The notes under the pieces are model-generated. The model was not told the DNA's origin. It did no database searches and saw only the letters and a list, made by a program, of their open reading frames with translations. Below are positions 1-14,307 of a stretch of DNA of 64,000 nt, piece by piece. Made by a program: the position numbers and the translations under genes. How positions within the stretch are numbered: position 1 is the stretch's first letter; the number at the start of each line of letters is the position of its first letter. Source of the DNA: Sphyrna mokarran (lineage: Eukaryota); NCBI GenBank assembly GCA_024679065.1, contig JAGIQG010000011.1, forward strand, positions 39,556,001 to 39,620,000, given 5' to 3'.

Positions 1-386
1 CCTGCTTTCTCAAACTTGTCCCTCACCTGAGGTGTCATGATCCTCATGTTAAATCATCACCAGTCAGTTCTCACCCTTCGAAAGGGAGAGCAGCCTATGG
101 TTATTTGAGACAATGGTGACTTTAACTTTTACCTAGCTGCAACTTATTATCTAGACTTACTCAGGAAGAATGAGTAGATAGGTGTCTTAGATAGTTACTG
201 TTGTTCATGGAATTGCATGGAACATTATCCAGCAGTCTTAAGGAGAAGTTTTTTTTTGCCAACTTTGGTGCTTATTAATTCACTGAAAGAGAATCAGCAC
301 GGTTGACATTCAGATTTCTAAAATGCATTTTGTTCCTTTGTGTAACCAAAAGAAAAGTGTGTAACATTAAAAATGCTTTTTTAAAG

Positions 387-449
387 TTCCTGAGGCTCCC
401 AAGAGAACTGAACACATTTATGTTGAAGAGGAAATTCATGTAAAAGAAG
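387..449 (+). CDS. ttn: PEVK exon, 63 nt: VPEAPKRTEHIYVEEEIHVKE
   Basis: ttttaaag|ttcc ... gaag|gtacaa; open frame. Confidence 0.85.
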
Positions 450-1439
450 GTACAAAGATGAATAGTGTTGTGCCTTTTTAATGTGCACTTTTAGTGTTTT
501 TATTATTTTAGTTTGATGATTTATTTTCTTTTACTAGTCTCTCTCTTGTTGTTCTTTTTCTTTTACAATACTAATGATGTACTTTGCCATCTTTTCGTTT
601 CTTAATTTTTGCTTAGCTATTGCATTAGCTAAGTCTCTTTGAGTGTGTGCGTTTGTGGTGGTCCCCATATTTTAAAAAATAATTTGTTTAACAGTGGAAA
701 TCTAAATGTGGTCAATTACCTAGTACTTCATTGCCATGTAATTTGTGTAACAAAAAACCCAAGAAAATCCACCATAGTTATTTGACAGAAAACTGAACTT
801 AAAATAATTTAAAATCTCAATATTTTCAATAATGAAACTAATTAGTCTGAGACCTTATTAAATGGTTAGCATGTGAATTGTGAAACTCAATCCATGTTCT
901 TCAACTTTCTATTTCGTTAAGTATGATAAGCCTTTGCTGCAATCTGCATTTCCTTTGAATGTCTTTTGTTAGTCATGCTCTCAGATCATGGTTAAGCCTT
1001 TTCAATGTGTTAGTTTTTCTTCTATTTTCTTTGAACATTTTCTTGTGTCTTTTTCTGTACACATTATCAAAAATGAAGCTGAACTAGAAAAATATGGAAA
1101 CATTAATAGTACAAAGGTAGTTTGTAAAATATTAAATACATTTCATTGCAAATTATACATCAAGCACAGAAAAAACTTTTTATGAGACTCTGCTTATTAT
1201 TTAACACATGATTTTAAATTCTGAAAACATGAAGGAACCATTTGGAATTAGTAAGAATATAGTAAAGGTAACGATTTGATAGTTTTCTTGCTGTCTGACC
1301 AATATCCATCTGAAGTGCATTTTTCTGCAAAATATAGGATGTGAGAGCACAAAATATTTGTTAATATAGTTTGTTATATGTGTATAAATATATCTTCTGT
1401 TAAGTGGTGTGATCTGCAATAATAATAATTTCTTTAAAG

Positions 1440-1529
1440 TGCCTGGACTTGCTGAAATATCTGAAAAAGTACCTGAACAAGCTTTTCCCCCTCGGACTCC
1501 TACTGTACAGGAGACAATACTACACAAAG
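1440..1529 (+). CDS. ttn: PEVK exon, 90 nt: VPGLAEISEKVPEQAFPPRTPTVQETILHK
   Basis: ctttaaag|tgcc ... aaag|gtataa. Confidence 0.85.
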
Positions 1530-2487
1530 GTATAAAGAGCTTGTGCTGTGTTTACAACAAAGCAGCTGTTTGTGATCTTGTTAGTTTTCCATTATGTTTT
1601 CTCACAACAAAGACCAGCTTCTTGTATTTACTTTTGCTCATTTATTTACATACCGCCATTTTGAGACTTGGTGTGGTTTACCAAAGCAGATCTTGTTCTT
1701 TTTAATTGCTACTACTTGTGTAGGCTCCTATTACTGATCATTTTTGATGTTTTGTGCTAAGTGTTTAATATTGTCAACTCTGTGTTTATTTATGCTTTGT
1801 TGAACTAATTTAAAATTGTGTGTCTTTTAAAAATTGTACATGTGCAAGAAAGTTTGGATTTGCACTCAATTGAGACTAATAACTTTTACATGACATAAAA
1901 TGCCACAAAAATATAACTTCAATAATTTGGATTACTAACTCTTCCGTAAGCATTCTAGGGCAAATTGAACCAGTTGGTATAGCAAAATGATTGAAGACTG
2001 ACCCCGCAATTATTTCTACTGCAGCACTTCAAATTGCACTTTTGTTAGATTGCTAACAGGACAGGAGCATCATCTTTTGAAAACTGATGCAAAGAACCGA
2101 TGCAATCTTTAGATCTGATTGCTGGTGATTATATTTTTGCAGGAACTAATTACAAAAGAGATTTTGGTGCAGGTACAACAAAATATAATGCACTGTGACG
2201 ATTTCATATTTCACCGCCATCTCAAACATATCTTGATTCCAGACGTAACAATTAATTGGGAATTTTTGTATATATGCACTTTTCTTACACTTGCAACTGG
2301 TAAGATTTGTAATTATTGTTGTACATTTAGAGCTGCTTCTTGTATTTTTGTGTCAGATGACTGTGCTTTATGTTCTAGTTGTTGTAATGTATGCTTCTGT
2401 TCCATATATGTTGCTTAATCTTTTAAACATCTTCTAAGTTAATCTTCTTGAATGTAATTTATCTAAAAATCAAAATATTTTTTAAAG

Positions 2488-2553
2488 AACATGCTGTTGA
2501 GGAGATTACGCAAATTACAGTTTCAAGAAAGGAAGTAGTGCCTCCAAAAACAG
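2488..2553 (+). CDS. ttn: PEVK exon, 66 nt: EHAVEEITQITVSRKEVVPPKT
   Basis: ttttaaag|aac ... acag|gtatgg. Confidence 0.82.
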
Positions 2554-4322
2554 GTATGGAAATATTCCCAGTATATTTTTCAAATGTCTTAGTAAAAGAA
2601 GAAAGCATAGGATTTTGCTGGATTTGCTACTTGATTCTAAGTGTGGAATTTAATGTTATGCCCTAGTAGCCAGGATACTTGTAATCAAGCAAGATGGTGG
2701 CGAGTGGGATGCCACTGCTTTCCCATCTATGCCCCAATTACATCCAGGATAGGAAGTGTCATGGATGACTTTCCCTTCCTGCTACCAATTGAGGCCTTTA
2801 AGTGGGCAATGAGTGCCCACTGAATTGCTGATTTGAGGACCGGGCTTCGGGAAGCGTGGAAGGTTTGCAGAGATTCACTTCCCTCCTTTTGCTGCTGACC
2901 CATACCCACATCCTATGCCCCCCGCTTCATCATCACCCACCTGTGGCAGTCCCTCAGTGATTAAGGCCTTGATTAATTGTACTGCTGGAAATTGCCACCA
3001 CTCGTGTGGGTGCTGCTGAGCAGTAGAGCCTTTGGCTGCTGGCTCTGGTGGGCAATTTCTATCCAGGGGTCCTTGTTCCAGCACAGGCCCACAGCTGCCC
3101 TGTTGATTATCTGATTGGCATTTAATTCAGCTGGCCTTCCCAAAAAGAGTCATGTAGAGCTCTTAGCAGCAAGACTCCATAACATCCATTAACTATACTC
3201 CGTTCATGTATATTTTCAATTACACATGAAACTTCTGGATATTTTAAGGTTATTTCTCAATGAGCCTAAATGATTTTAGCTTCATCTCTTCATATAATGT
3301 TCTTTATGTATCACAAACTGCTTTCATATATTGCATATTATAGTTTTGTTAATCCATTAAATAGAGGGGCACATTGCATTCTAAACACTAGCTGGAATCT
3401 TGTGGAGGCAATTGGGAACCTGGTTACCAGCTGGAAAACATGGCAGGAGCCAATCATCACCTCTTTTAGGGAAAGCATCTTGCTCCACACAGACACTCAA
3501 CAATGCCAGCAGCGGTTTTACCTTAGGATCAAGTTCTCCAGGAGCAAAAATTAACCCAGCAATAGCTGCCAGCTAATCAGAGACCAGAACAGTGATGTGA
3601 CATTGATAGTGGTGGCTGCTGCCAATGTAACACCCACCTGGACAGGCCAACAATGCGTGATAGTGGGAGGGGTGGTACTGGGGAAGGTTTTGAGCAAGAA
3701 AGGTGGGGGGGTTTCTCAGTGAGCATCCCCATTCCCCCTGAGTGTTGGCTCCCTTGACCTGACTCTCAGTACTTTTGAATGAGACACTCCCATCGTAAGA
3801 GACTGCAAGTATGGCAAGCCCCCTTCCCACTGCATACTGGTAATTTAAAATAGCAGTGGTGAGATAAGACCCTTAATTGGGCATTAATTGAGCCACAAAT
3901 CGGCATTTCCACCATGGATTCATTTCTGGTGGAGGTGGGAAGATGGCAGAGTCTCCACCGATGTTCTTTTATCTGATTAACAGTCATATTCACAGTGCTA
4001 TTGGAGGTAAATATATGAAGAGTTACAACTAAAATCATTTAGACTAGTTGAGAAATAGCCTTAAAATGTCCAGAAAGTTATATATAATTGACCTATCCTG
4101 TAGCTGCTTTGCCAATTAAGTAGATTGCTTAAGGCAATAATAAGTCTTTGTACAGTAAAATCATAATGCAAAGTGAGAACTTATTGTGTGAATGGAGTAC
4201 GATTGTATACTGTGCAATGCATTAGGTGGATCTTTTGTGTCTAAAGCTAAATGCATTTCTGTGTTAAAATGTTCCATGTGCGAGTCTTTGATTTTTTTTG
4301 TCCAAACTTGAATTTCTTAAAG

Positions 4323-4397
4323 TGCCAGAGGTTCCTGGGGTTCTTCCTGAAGAAGCAAAACCATCTTTGCGAAAAGAGAAGGTTGCTCCAAAAGAAG
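4323..4397 (+). CDS. ttn: PEVK exon, array copy 1, 75 nt: VPEVPGVLPEEAKPSLRKEKVAPKE
   Basis: cttaaag|tgcc ... gaag|gtacaa. Confidence 0.88.
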
Positions 4398-6040
4398 GTA
4401 CAAAGAAAGCCACATGTTGTATATTAGCACATTATCTTTTTGATAAGTCATGCATCCATCTTGTCATTACCACACTAAATATTTCTCTTCTGGAGGCTTC
4501 AAACTATTGGTGCTTTGCTACGTGTTAACCTTATTTTATGATATCTGTCATTTCAATTGTTTGCTGATGCATTTGTGCCATTCCATTGCTGTACTGTGCT
4601 ATTTCCCTGCTAGAACTAGAAATAATTTTGATTAATGTCCTTATTATTAGCTAAGCATTCAAATGCAGAGGCTGAGAAATTTAGCTCCTCAGTGCTTGCT
4701 TTTCCATGCTGTACGAGAACCAATGTTTCTCCAAAATGGCTTGTTTACACTTCTGGTGTGAGCCATGTTGTCACTTTTTGTTGAGAGTATTAGAGCTCAT
4801 GCAGGGAGCATCTGTGAGACATTTGTAGACATCAGTCACCATGTAACGTTGACTTGATACAAGTGCTGTCAATATAGAGCTGAACACTCCAATCAGCAGT
4901 CTCTCTTAACTCTCACTGCTAAGCCATTTGGCATTTAGCAATGGTACATGGTTAAGGGATTAGCAACTACTTTTAAATTAGTCAATTCATTTCAACTACT
5001 ATACTACATTTGTCGAAATGTTTAGTGGGTTTCCATTGACTATCATTCCATTAATGTATGTTTTCAATTACACATGAATCTTCTGGATATTTTAAGGTTA
5101 TTTCTCAATGAACCTAAATGATTTTAGCTGTATCTTTTCAAATAGGATTCTTCATGATTCCCAAACTGCTTTCATATATTGCATATTATGGTTTTGTTTA
5201 TCCATTAAATAGAGGAGCACATTGCATTCGAAACACTGGCCAGAATCTTCTGGAGGCAATTGGGACCCTGGTTACCAACTGGAAAACATGGCAGGAGCCA
5301 ATCATCACCTCTTTTAGGGAAAGCATCTTGCTCCACACAGACACTCAACAATGCCAGCAGCCGTTTTACCTTAGGATCAAGTTCTCCAGGAGCAAAAATT
5401 AACCCAGCAATAGCTGCCAGCCAATCAGAGATGAGAACAATGATGGTAACATTGGTAATGGTGGCTGCTGCCAATGTAACACCCATCCGAAGACTGGACA
5501 GGCCAACAATGTGTGATAGTGGGAGGGGTGGTACTGGGTAAGGTGTTGAGCAGCAAGGAATGTGGCGGGGGGAGGTTTTCAGTGGGCACCTTCATCCTCC
5601 CTGAGTGCTGATTCCCTCGATCTGACTCTCAGGACTTTTGAACGAGACACGCCCATTACAAGAGACCACAAGTATGGCAAGCCCCCTTCCCGCTGCATGC
5701 TAATAATTTAAAATAGCAGTGGTGGGATAAGATCTTTAAGTGGGTATTAATTGGGTCACACACTGGCCTTTCCACCATGGACTTATTTCTGGTGGAGGTG
5801 GGAAGATGGCAGGGTCTCCACCCGACACCCTTTTATCTGATTAACAATCATATTCACAGTGCTATTGGAGGTAAGTACATGAAGAGTTACAACTAAAATC
5901 ATTTAGACTAGTTGAGAAATAGCCTTAAAATATCCAAAAGTTCATGTATAATTGACCTGTCTTGTAGCTGCTTTACTAATTAAGTAGATTGCTTAAGGCA
6001 ATAATAAATTTTTGTATCGTAGAATTATAATACAAAGTGT

Positions 6041-6400
6041 GAATGGAGTACGATTGTACACTGTGCAATGCGTTAGGTGGATCTTTCGTATTTAAAGCTA
6101 AATGCATTTCTGTGTTAAAATGTTCCATGTGCAAGTCTTTGATTTTTTTTGTCCAAAATTGAATGAAGTACACTTGTACACTGTGCAATGCTTTAGGTGG
6201 ATCTTTTCTATTTAAAGCTAAATGCGTTTCTGTGTTAAAATGTTCCATGTGCAAGTCTTTGATTTTTTTTGTCCAAAATTGAATGGAGTAGGATTGTATG
6301 CTGTGCAATGCATTAGGTGGATCTTTTGTGTTTAACGCTAAATGCATTTTTGTGTTAAAATGTTTCATTTGCAAGTCTTTGACTTTTTTTGTCCAAAATT
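6041..6400 (+). repeat. 120-bp tandem repeat x3 just upstream of the acceptor (also x3 at 8115-8474; x2 at 10190-10429, 13980-14219, 15935-16174; x1 in copies 1, 5, 8)
   Basis: gaatggagtacgattgta...tttgtccaaaatt recurs at exactly 120-bp spacing. Confidence 0.95.
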
Positions 6401-6413
6401 GAATTTCTTAAAG

Positions 6414-6488
6414 TGCCAGAGATTCCTGGGGTTCTTCCTGAAGAAGCAAAACCATCTTTGCGAAAAGAGAAGGTTGCTCCAAAAGAAG
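6414..6488 (+). CDS. ttn: PEVK exon, array copy 2: VPEIPGVLPEEAKPSLRKEKVAPKE
   Basis: Same splice sites as copy 1; 75 nt. Confidence 0.88.
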
Positions 6489-8487
6489 GTACAAAGAAAG
6501 CCACATGTTGTATATTAGCACATTATCTTTTTGATAAGTCATGCACTCATCTTGTCATTACCACGCTAAATATTTCTCTTCTGGAGGCTTCAAACTGCTG
6601 GTGCTTTGCTATTTGTTAATCTTATTTTACGATATCTGTCATTTCAATTGTTTGCTGATGCATTTGTGCCATTCCATTGCTGTACTGTGCTATTTCCCTA
6701 GAAATAATTGTCCTTATTATTAGCTAAGCATTCAAATGCAGAGGCTGAGAAATTTAGCTCCTCAGTGCTTGCTTTTCCATGCTGTACGAGAACCAATGTT
6801 TCTCCAAAATGGCTTACTTACACTTCTGGTGTGAGCCATGTTGTCACTTTTTGTTGAGAGTATTAGAGCTCATGCAGGGAGCATCTGTGAGACATTTGTA
6901 GACATCAGTCAGCATGTAACATTGACTTGATACAAGTGCTGCCAATATAGAGCTGAACACTCCAATCAGCAGTCTCTCTTAAGCTCACATTGCGGAGCCG
7001 TTTCTGGTTAGCAATGGTACATGGTTAAGGGATCAGCAACTACTTTTAAGTTAGTTGATTGATTTCTACTGGCTGTACTACATTTGTTGAAAAGTTTAAT
7101 GGCTTTCCTTTAACCCTCATTCCATCAATATACGTTTTCAATTACACATGAACCTTCTGGATATTTTAAGGTTATTTCTCAACGAGCCTAAATGATTTTA
7201 GCTGCATCTCTTCATATAGTGTTCTTCATATATCCCAAACTGCTTTCATATATTGCATCTTATGGTTTTGTTTATCCATTAAATAGAGGGGCACATTGCA
7301 TTCGAAACACTAGCTGGAAACTTGTGGAGGTAATTGGGACCCTGGTTACCAACTGGAAAACATGGCAGGAGCCAATCATCACCTCTTTTAGAAAAAGCAT
7401 CTTGCTCCACACAGACACTCAACAATGCCAGCAGCCGTTTTACCTTAGGACCAAGCTCTCCAGGAGCAAAAATTAACCCAGCAATAGCTGCCAGCCAATC
7501 AGAGATGAGAACAATGATGGTAACATTGGTAATGGTGGCTGCTGCCAATGTAACACCCATCCGAAGACTGGACAGGCCAACAATGTGTGATAGTGGGAGG
7601 GATGGTACTGGGGAAGGTGTTGAGCAGCAAGGAACGTGGCGGGGGGAGGTTTTCAGTGTGCACCTTCAGCCTCCCTGAGTGCTGATTCCCTCGATCTGAC
7701 TCTCAGGACTTTTGAACGAGACACGCCCATTACAAGAGTCCACAAGTATGGCAAGCCCCCTCCCCGCTGCATGCTAATAATTTAAAATAGCAGTGGTGGG
7801 ATAAGATCTTTAAGTGGGTATTAATTGGGTCACACACTGGCCTTTCCACCATGGACTTATTTCTGGTGGAGGTGGGAAGATGGCAGGGTCTCCACCCGAC
7901 ACCCTTTTATCTGATTAACAATCATATTCACAGTGCTATTGGAGGTAAATACATGAAGAGTTATGACTAAAATCATTTAGACTAGTTGAGGAATAGCCTT
8001 AAAATATCCAAAAGTTCATATATAATTGACCTGTCTTGTAGCTGCTTTACTAATTAAGTAGATTGCTTAAGGCAATAATAAATTTTTGTATAGTAGAATT
8101 ATAATACAAAGTGTGAATGGAGTACGATTGTACACTGTGCAATGCATTTGGTGGATGTTTTGTATTTAAAGCTAAATGCATTTCTGTGTTAAAATGTTGC
8201 CTGTGCCAGTCTTTGATTTTTTTTGTCCAAAATTGAATGAAGTACACTTGTACACTGTGCAATGCTTTAGGTGGATCTTTTCTATTTAAAGCTAAATGCG
8301 TTTCTGTGTTAAAATGTTCCATGTGCAAGTCTTTGATTTTTTTTGTCCAAAATTGAATGGAGTACGATTGTATGCTGTGCAATGCATTAGGTGGATCTTT
8401 TGTGTTTAACGCTAAATGCATTTCTGTGTTAAAATGTTTCATTTGCAAGTCTTTGACTATTTTTGTCCAAAATTGAATTTCTTAAAG

Positions 8488-8562
8488 TGCCAGAGATTCC
8501 TGGGGTTCTTCCTGAAGAAGCAAAACCATCTTTGCGAAAAGAGAAGGTTGCTCCAAAAGGAG
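8488..8562 (+). CDS. ttn: PEVK exon, array copy 3 (ends ...VAPKG)
   Basis: Same splice sites; GAA>GGA in the last full codon. Confidence 0.88.
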
Positions 8563-10442
8563 GTACAAAGAAAGCCACATGTTGTATATTAGCACATTAT
8601 CTTTTTGATAAGTCATGCATTCATCTTGTCATTACCACGCTAAATATTTCTCTTCTGGAGGCTTCAAACTGCTGGTGCTTTGCTATTTGTTAATCTTATT
8701 TTACGATATCTATCATTTCAATTGTTTGCTGATGCATTTGTGCCATTCCATTGCTGTACTGTGCTATTTCCCTAGAAATAATTGTCCTTATTATTAGCTA
8801 AGCATTCAAATGCAGGGGCTGAGAAATTTAGCTCCTCAGTGCTTGCTTTTCCATGCTGTACGAGAACCAATGTTTCTCCAAAATGGCTTACTTACAATTC
8901 TGGTGTGAGCCATGTTGTCACTTTTTGTTGAGAGTATTAGAGCTCATGCAGGGAGCATCTGTGAGACATTTGTAGACATCAGTCAGCATGTAACATTGAC
9001 TTGATACAAGTGCTGCCAATATAGAGCTGAACACTCCAATCAGCAGTCTCTCTTAAGCTCACATTGCGGAGCCATTTCTGGTTAGCAATGGTACATGGTT
9101 AAGGGATCAGCAACTACTTTTAAGTTAGTTGATTGATTTCTACTGGCTGTACTACATTTGTCGAAAAATTTAGGGGCTTTCTTTTAACCCTCATTCCATC
9201 AATATACGTTTTCAATTACACATGAACCTTCTGGATATTTTAAGGTTATTTCTCAACGAGCCTAAATGATTTTAGCTGCATCTCTTCATATAGTGTTCTT
9301 CATATATCCCAAACTGCTTTCATATATTGCATCTTATGGTTTTGCTTATCCATTAAATAGAGGGGCACATTGCATTCGAAACACTAGCTGGAATCTTGTG
9401 GAGGTAATTGGGACCCTGGTTACCAACTGGAAAACATGGCAGGAGCCAATCATCACCTCTTTTAGGGAAAGCATCTTGCTCCACACAGACACTCAACAAT
9501 GCCAGCAGCCGTTTTACCTTAGGATCAAGTTCTCCAGGAGCAAAAATTAACCCAGCAATAGCTGCCAGCCAATCAGAGATGAGAACAATGATGGTAACAT
9601 TGGTAATGGTGGCTGCTGCCAATGTAACACCCATCCGAAGACTGGACAGGCCAACAATGTGTGATAGTGGGAGGGGTGGTACTGGGGAAGGTGTTGAGCA
9701 GCAAGGAACGTGGCGGTGGGGGGGGTTTTAGTGGCCACCTTCATCCTCCCTGAGTGCTGATTCCCTCGATCTGACTCTCAGGACTTTTGAACGAGACACG
9801 CCCATTACAAGAGACCACAAGTATGGCAAGCCCCCTTCCCGCTGCATGCTAATAATTTAAAATAGCAGTGGTGGGATAAGATCTTTAAGTGGATATTAAT
9901 TGGGTCACACACTGGCCTTTCCACCATGGACTTATTTCTGGTGGAGGTGGGAAGATGGCAGGGTCGCCACCCGACACCCTTTTATCTGATTAACAATCAT
10001 ATTCACAGTGTTATTGGAGGTAAATACATGAAGAGTTACAACTAAAATCATTTAGACTAGTTGAGAAATAGCCTTAAAATATCCAAACGTTCATGTATAA
10101 TTGACCTGTCTTGTAGCTGCTTTACTAATTAAATAGATTGCTTAAGGCAATAATAAATTTTTGTATAGTAGAATCATAATACAAAGTGTGAATGGAGTAC
10201 GATTGTACACTGTGCAATGCATTAGGTGGATCTTTTGTATTTAAAGCTAAATGCATTTCTGTGTTAAAATGTTCCATGTGCAAGTCTTTGATTTTTTTTG
10301 TCCAAAATTGAATGGAGTACGATTGTATGCTGTGCAATGCATTAGGTGGATCTTTTGTGTTTAACGCTAAATGCATTTTTGTGTTAAAATGTTTCATTTG
10401 CAAGTCTTTGACTTTTTTTGTCCAAAATTGAATTTCTTAAAG

Positions 10443-10517
10443 TGCCAGAGATTCCTGGGGTTCTTCCTGAAGAAGCAAAACCATCTTTGCGAAAAGAGAA
10501 GGTTGCTCCAAAAGAAG
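10443..10517 (+). CDS. ttn: PEVK exon, array copy 4
   Basis: Same splice sites; 75 nt. Confidence 0.88.
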
Positions 10518-12277
10518 GTACAAAGAAAGCCACATGTTGTATATTAGCACATTATCTTTTTGATAAGTCATGCATTCATCTTGTCATTACCACGCTAAAT
10601 ATTTCTCTTCTGGAGGCTTCAAACTGCTGGTGCTTTGCTATTTGTTAATCTTATTTTACGATATCTGTCATTTCAATTGTTTGCTGATGCATTTGTGCCA
10701 TTCCATTGCTGTACTGTGCTATTTCCCTAGAAATAATTGTCCTTATTATTAGCTAAGCATTCAAATGCAGAGGCTGAGAAATTTAGCTCCTCAGTGCTTG
10801 CTTTTCCATGCTGTACGAGAACCAATGTTTCTCCAAAATGGCTTACTTACAATTCTGGTGTGAGCCATGTTGTCACTTTTTGTTGAGAGTATTAGAGCTC
10901 ATGCAGGGAGCATCTGTGAGACATTTGTAGACATCAGTCAGCATGTAACATTGACTTGATACAAGTGCTGCCAATATAGAGCTGAACACTCCAATCAGCA
11001 GTCTCTCTTAAGCTCACATTGCGGAGCCATTTCTGGTTAGCAATGGTACATGGTTAAGGGATCAGCAACTACTTTTAAGTTAGTTGATTGATTTCTACTG
11101 GCTGTACTACATTTGTCGAAAAATTTAGGGGCTTTCTTTTAACCCTCATTCCATCAATATACGTTTTCAATTACACATGAACCTTCTGGATATTTTAAGG
11201 TTATTTCTCAACGAGCCTAAATGATTTTAGCTGCATCTCTTCATATAGTGTTCTTCATATATCCCAAACTGCTTTCATATATTGCATCTTATGGTTTTGC
11301 TTATCCATTAAATAGAGGGGCACATTGCATTCGAAACACTAGCTGGAATCTTGTGGAGGTAATTGGGACCCTGGTTACCAACTGGAAAACATGGCAGGAG
11401 CCAATCATCACCTCTTTTAGGGAAAGCATCTTGCTCCACACAGACACTCAACAATGCCAGCAGCCGTTTTACCTTAGGATCAAGTTCTCCAGGAGCAAAA
11501 ATTAACCCAGCAATAGCTGCCAGCCAATCAGAGATGAGAACAATGATGGTAACATTGGTAATGGTGGCTGCTGCCAATGTAACACCCATCCGAAGACTGG
11601 ACAGGCCAACAATGTGTGATAGTGGGAGGGGTGGTACTGGGGAAGGTGTTGAGCAGCAAGGAACGTGGCGGTGGGGGGGGTTTTAGTGGCCACCTTCATC
11701 CTCCCTGAGTGCTGATTCCCTCGATCTGACTCTCAGGACTTTTGAACGAGACACGCCCATTACAAGAGACCACAAGTATGGCAAGCCCCCTTCCCGCTGC
11801 ATGCTAATAATTTAAAATAGCAGTGGTGGGATAAGATCTTTAAGTGGGTATTAATTGGGTCACACACTGGCCTTTCCACCATGGACTTATTTCTGGTGGA
11901 GGTGGGAAGATGGCAGGGTCTCCACCCGACACCCTTTTATCTGATTAACAATCATATTCACAGTGTTATTGGAGGTAAATAGATGAAGAGTTACAACTAA
12001 AATCATTTAGACTAGTTGAGAAATAGCCTTAAAATATCCAAAAGTTCATGTATAATTGACCTGTCTTGTAGCTGCTTTACTAATTAAGTAGATTGCTTAA
12101 GGCAATAATAAATTTTTGTATCGTAGAATCATAATACAAAGTGTGAATGGAGTACGATTGTACACTGTGCAATGCATTAGGTGGATCTTTTGTATTTAAA
12201 GCTAAATGCATTTCTGTGTTAAAATGTTCCATGTGCAACTCTTTGATTTTTTTTGTCCAAAATTGAATTTCTTAAAG

Positions 12278-12352
12278 TGCCAGAGATTCCTGGGGTTCTT
12301 CCTGAAGAAGCAAAACCATCTTTGCGAAAAGAGAAGGTTGCTCCAAAAGAAG
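12278..12352 (+). CDS. ttn: PEVK exon, array copy 5
   Basis: Same splice sites; 75 nt. Confidence 0.88.
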
Positions 12353-14232
12353 GTACAAAGAAAGCCACATGTTATATATTAGCGCATTATCTTTTTGATA
12401 AGTCATGCATTCATCTTGTCATTACCACGCTAAATATTTCTCTTCTGCAGGCTTCAAACTGCTGGTGCTTTGCTATTTGTTAATCTTATTTTACGATATC
12501 TGTCATTTCAATTGTTTGCTGATGCATTTGTGCCATTCCATTGCTGTACTGTGCTATTTCCCTAGAAATAATTGTCCTTATTATTAGCTAAGCATTCAAA
12601 TGCAGAGGCTGAGAAATTTAGCTCCTCAGTGCTTGCTTTTCCATGCTGTACGAGAACCAATGTTTCTCCAAAATGGCTTACTTACAATTCTGGTGTGAGC
12701 CATGTTGTCACTTTTTGTTGAGAGTATTAGAGCTCATGCAGGGAGCATCTGTGAGACATTTGTAGACATCAGTCAGCATGTAACATTGACTTGATACAAG
12801 TGCTGCCAATATAGAGCTGAACACTCCAATCAGCAGTCTCTCTTAAGCTCACATTGCGGAGCCATTTCTGGTTAGCAATGGTACATGGTTAAGGGATCAG
12901 CAACTACTTTTAAGTTAGTTGATTGATTTCTACTGGCTGTACTACATTTGTCGAAAAATTTAGGGGCTTTCTTTTAACCCTCATTCCATCAATATACGTT
13001 TTCAATTACACATGAACCTTCTGGATATTTTAAGGTTATTTCTCAACGAGCCTAAATGATTTTAGCTGCATCTCTTCATATAGTGTTCTTCATATATCCC
13101 AAACTGCTTTCATATATTGCATCTTATGGTTTTGCTTATCCATTAAATAGAGGGGCACATTGCATTCGAAACACTAGCTGGAATCTTGTGGAGGTAATTG
13201 GGACCCTGGTTACCAACTGGAAAACATGGCAGGAGCCAATCATCACCTCTTTTAGGGAAAGCATCTTGCTCCACACAGACACTCAACAATGCCAGCAGCC
13301 GTTTTACCTTAGGATCAAGTTCTCCAGGAGCAAAAATTAACCCAGCAATAGCTGCCAGCCAATCAGAGATGAGAACAATGATGGTAACATTGGTAATGGT
13401 GGCTGCTGCCAATGTAACACCCATCCGAAGACTGGACAGGCCAACAATGTGTGATAGTGGGAGGGGTGGTACTGGGGAAGGTGTTGAGCAGCAAGGAACG
13501 TGGCGGTGGGGGGGGTTTTAGTGGCCACCTTCATCCTCCCTGAGTGCTGATTCCCTCGATCTGACTCTCAGGACTTTTGAACGAGACACGCCCATTACAA
13601 GAGACCACAAGTATGGCAAGCCCCCTTCCCGCTGCATGCTAATAATTTAAAATAGCAGTGGTGGGATAAGATCTTTAAGTGGGTATTAATTGGGTCACAC
13701 ACTGGCCTTTCCACCATGGACTTATTTCTGGTGGAGGTGGGAAGATGGCAGGGTCTCCACCCGACACCCTTTTATCTGATTAACAATCATATTCACAGTG
13801 TTATTGGAGGTAAATACATGAAGAGTTACAACTAAAATCATTTAGACTAGTTGAGAAATAGCCTTAAAATATCCAAAAGTTCATGTATAATTGACCTGTC
13901 TTGTAGCTGCTTTACTAATTAAGTAGATTGCTTAAGGCAATAATAAATTTTTGTATCGTAGAATCATAATACAAAGTGTGAATGGAGTACGATTGTACAC
14001 TGTGCAATGCATTAGGTGGATCTTTTGTATTTAAAGCTAAATGCATTTCTGTGTTAAAATGTTCCATGTGCAAGTCTTTGATTTTTTTTGTCCAAAATTG
14101 AATGGAGTACGATTGTATGCTGTGCAATGCATTAGGTGGATCTTTTGTGTTTAACGCTAAATGCATTTTTGTGTTAAAATGTTTCATTTGCAAGTCTTTG
14201 ACTTTTTTTGTCCAAAATTGAATTTCTTAAAG

Positions 14233-14307
14233 TGCCAGAGATTCCTGGGGTTCTTCCTGAAGAAGCAAAACCATCTTTGCGAAAAGAGAAGGTTGCTCCA
14301 AAAGAAG
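14233..14307 (+). CDS. ttn: PEVK exon, array copy 6
   Basis: Same splice sites; 75 nt. Confidence 0.88.

Noticed and set aside
6041-6400. Regular repeats as a possible CRISPR array
   Set aside because: Head-to-tail 120-bp units with no unique spacers, no cas genes, and a vertebrate intron context.
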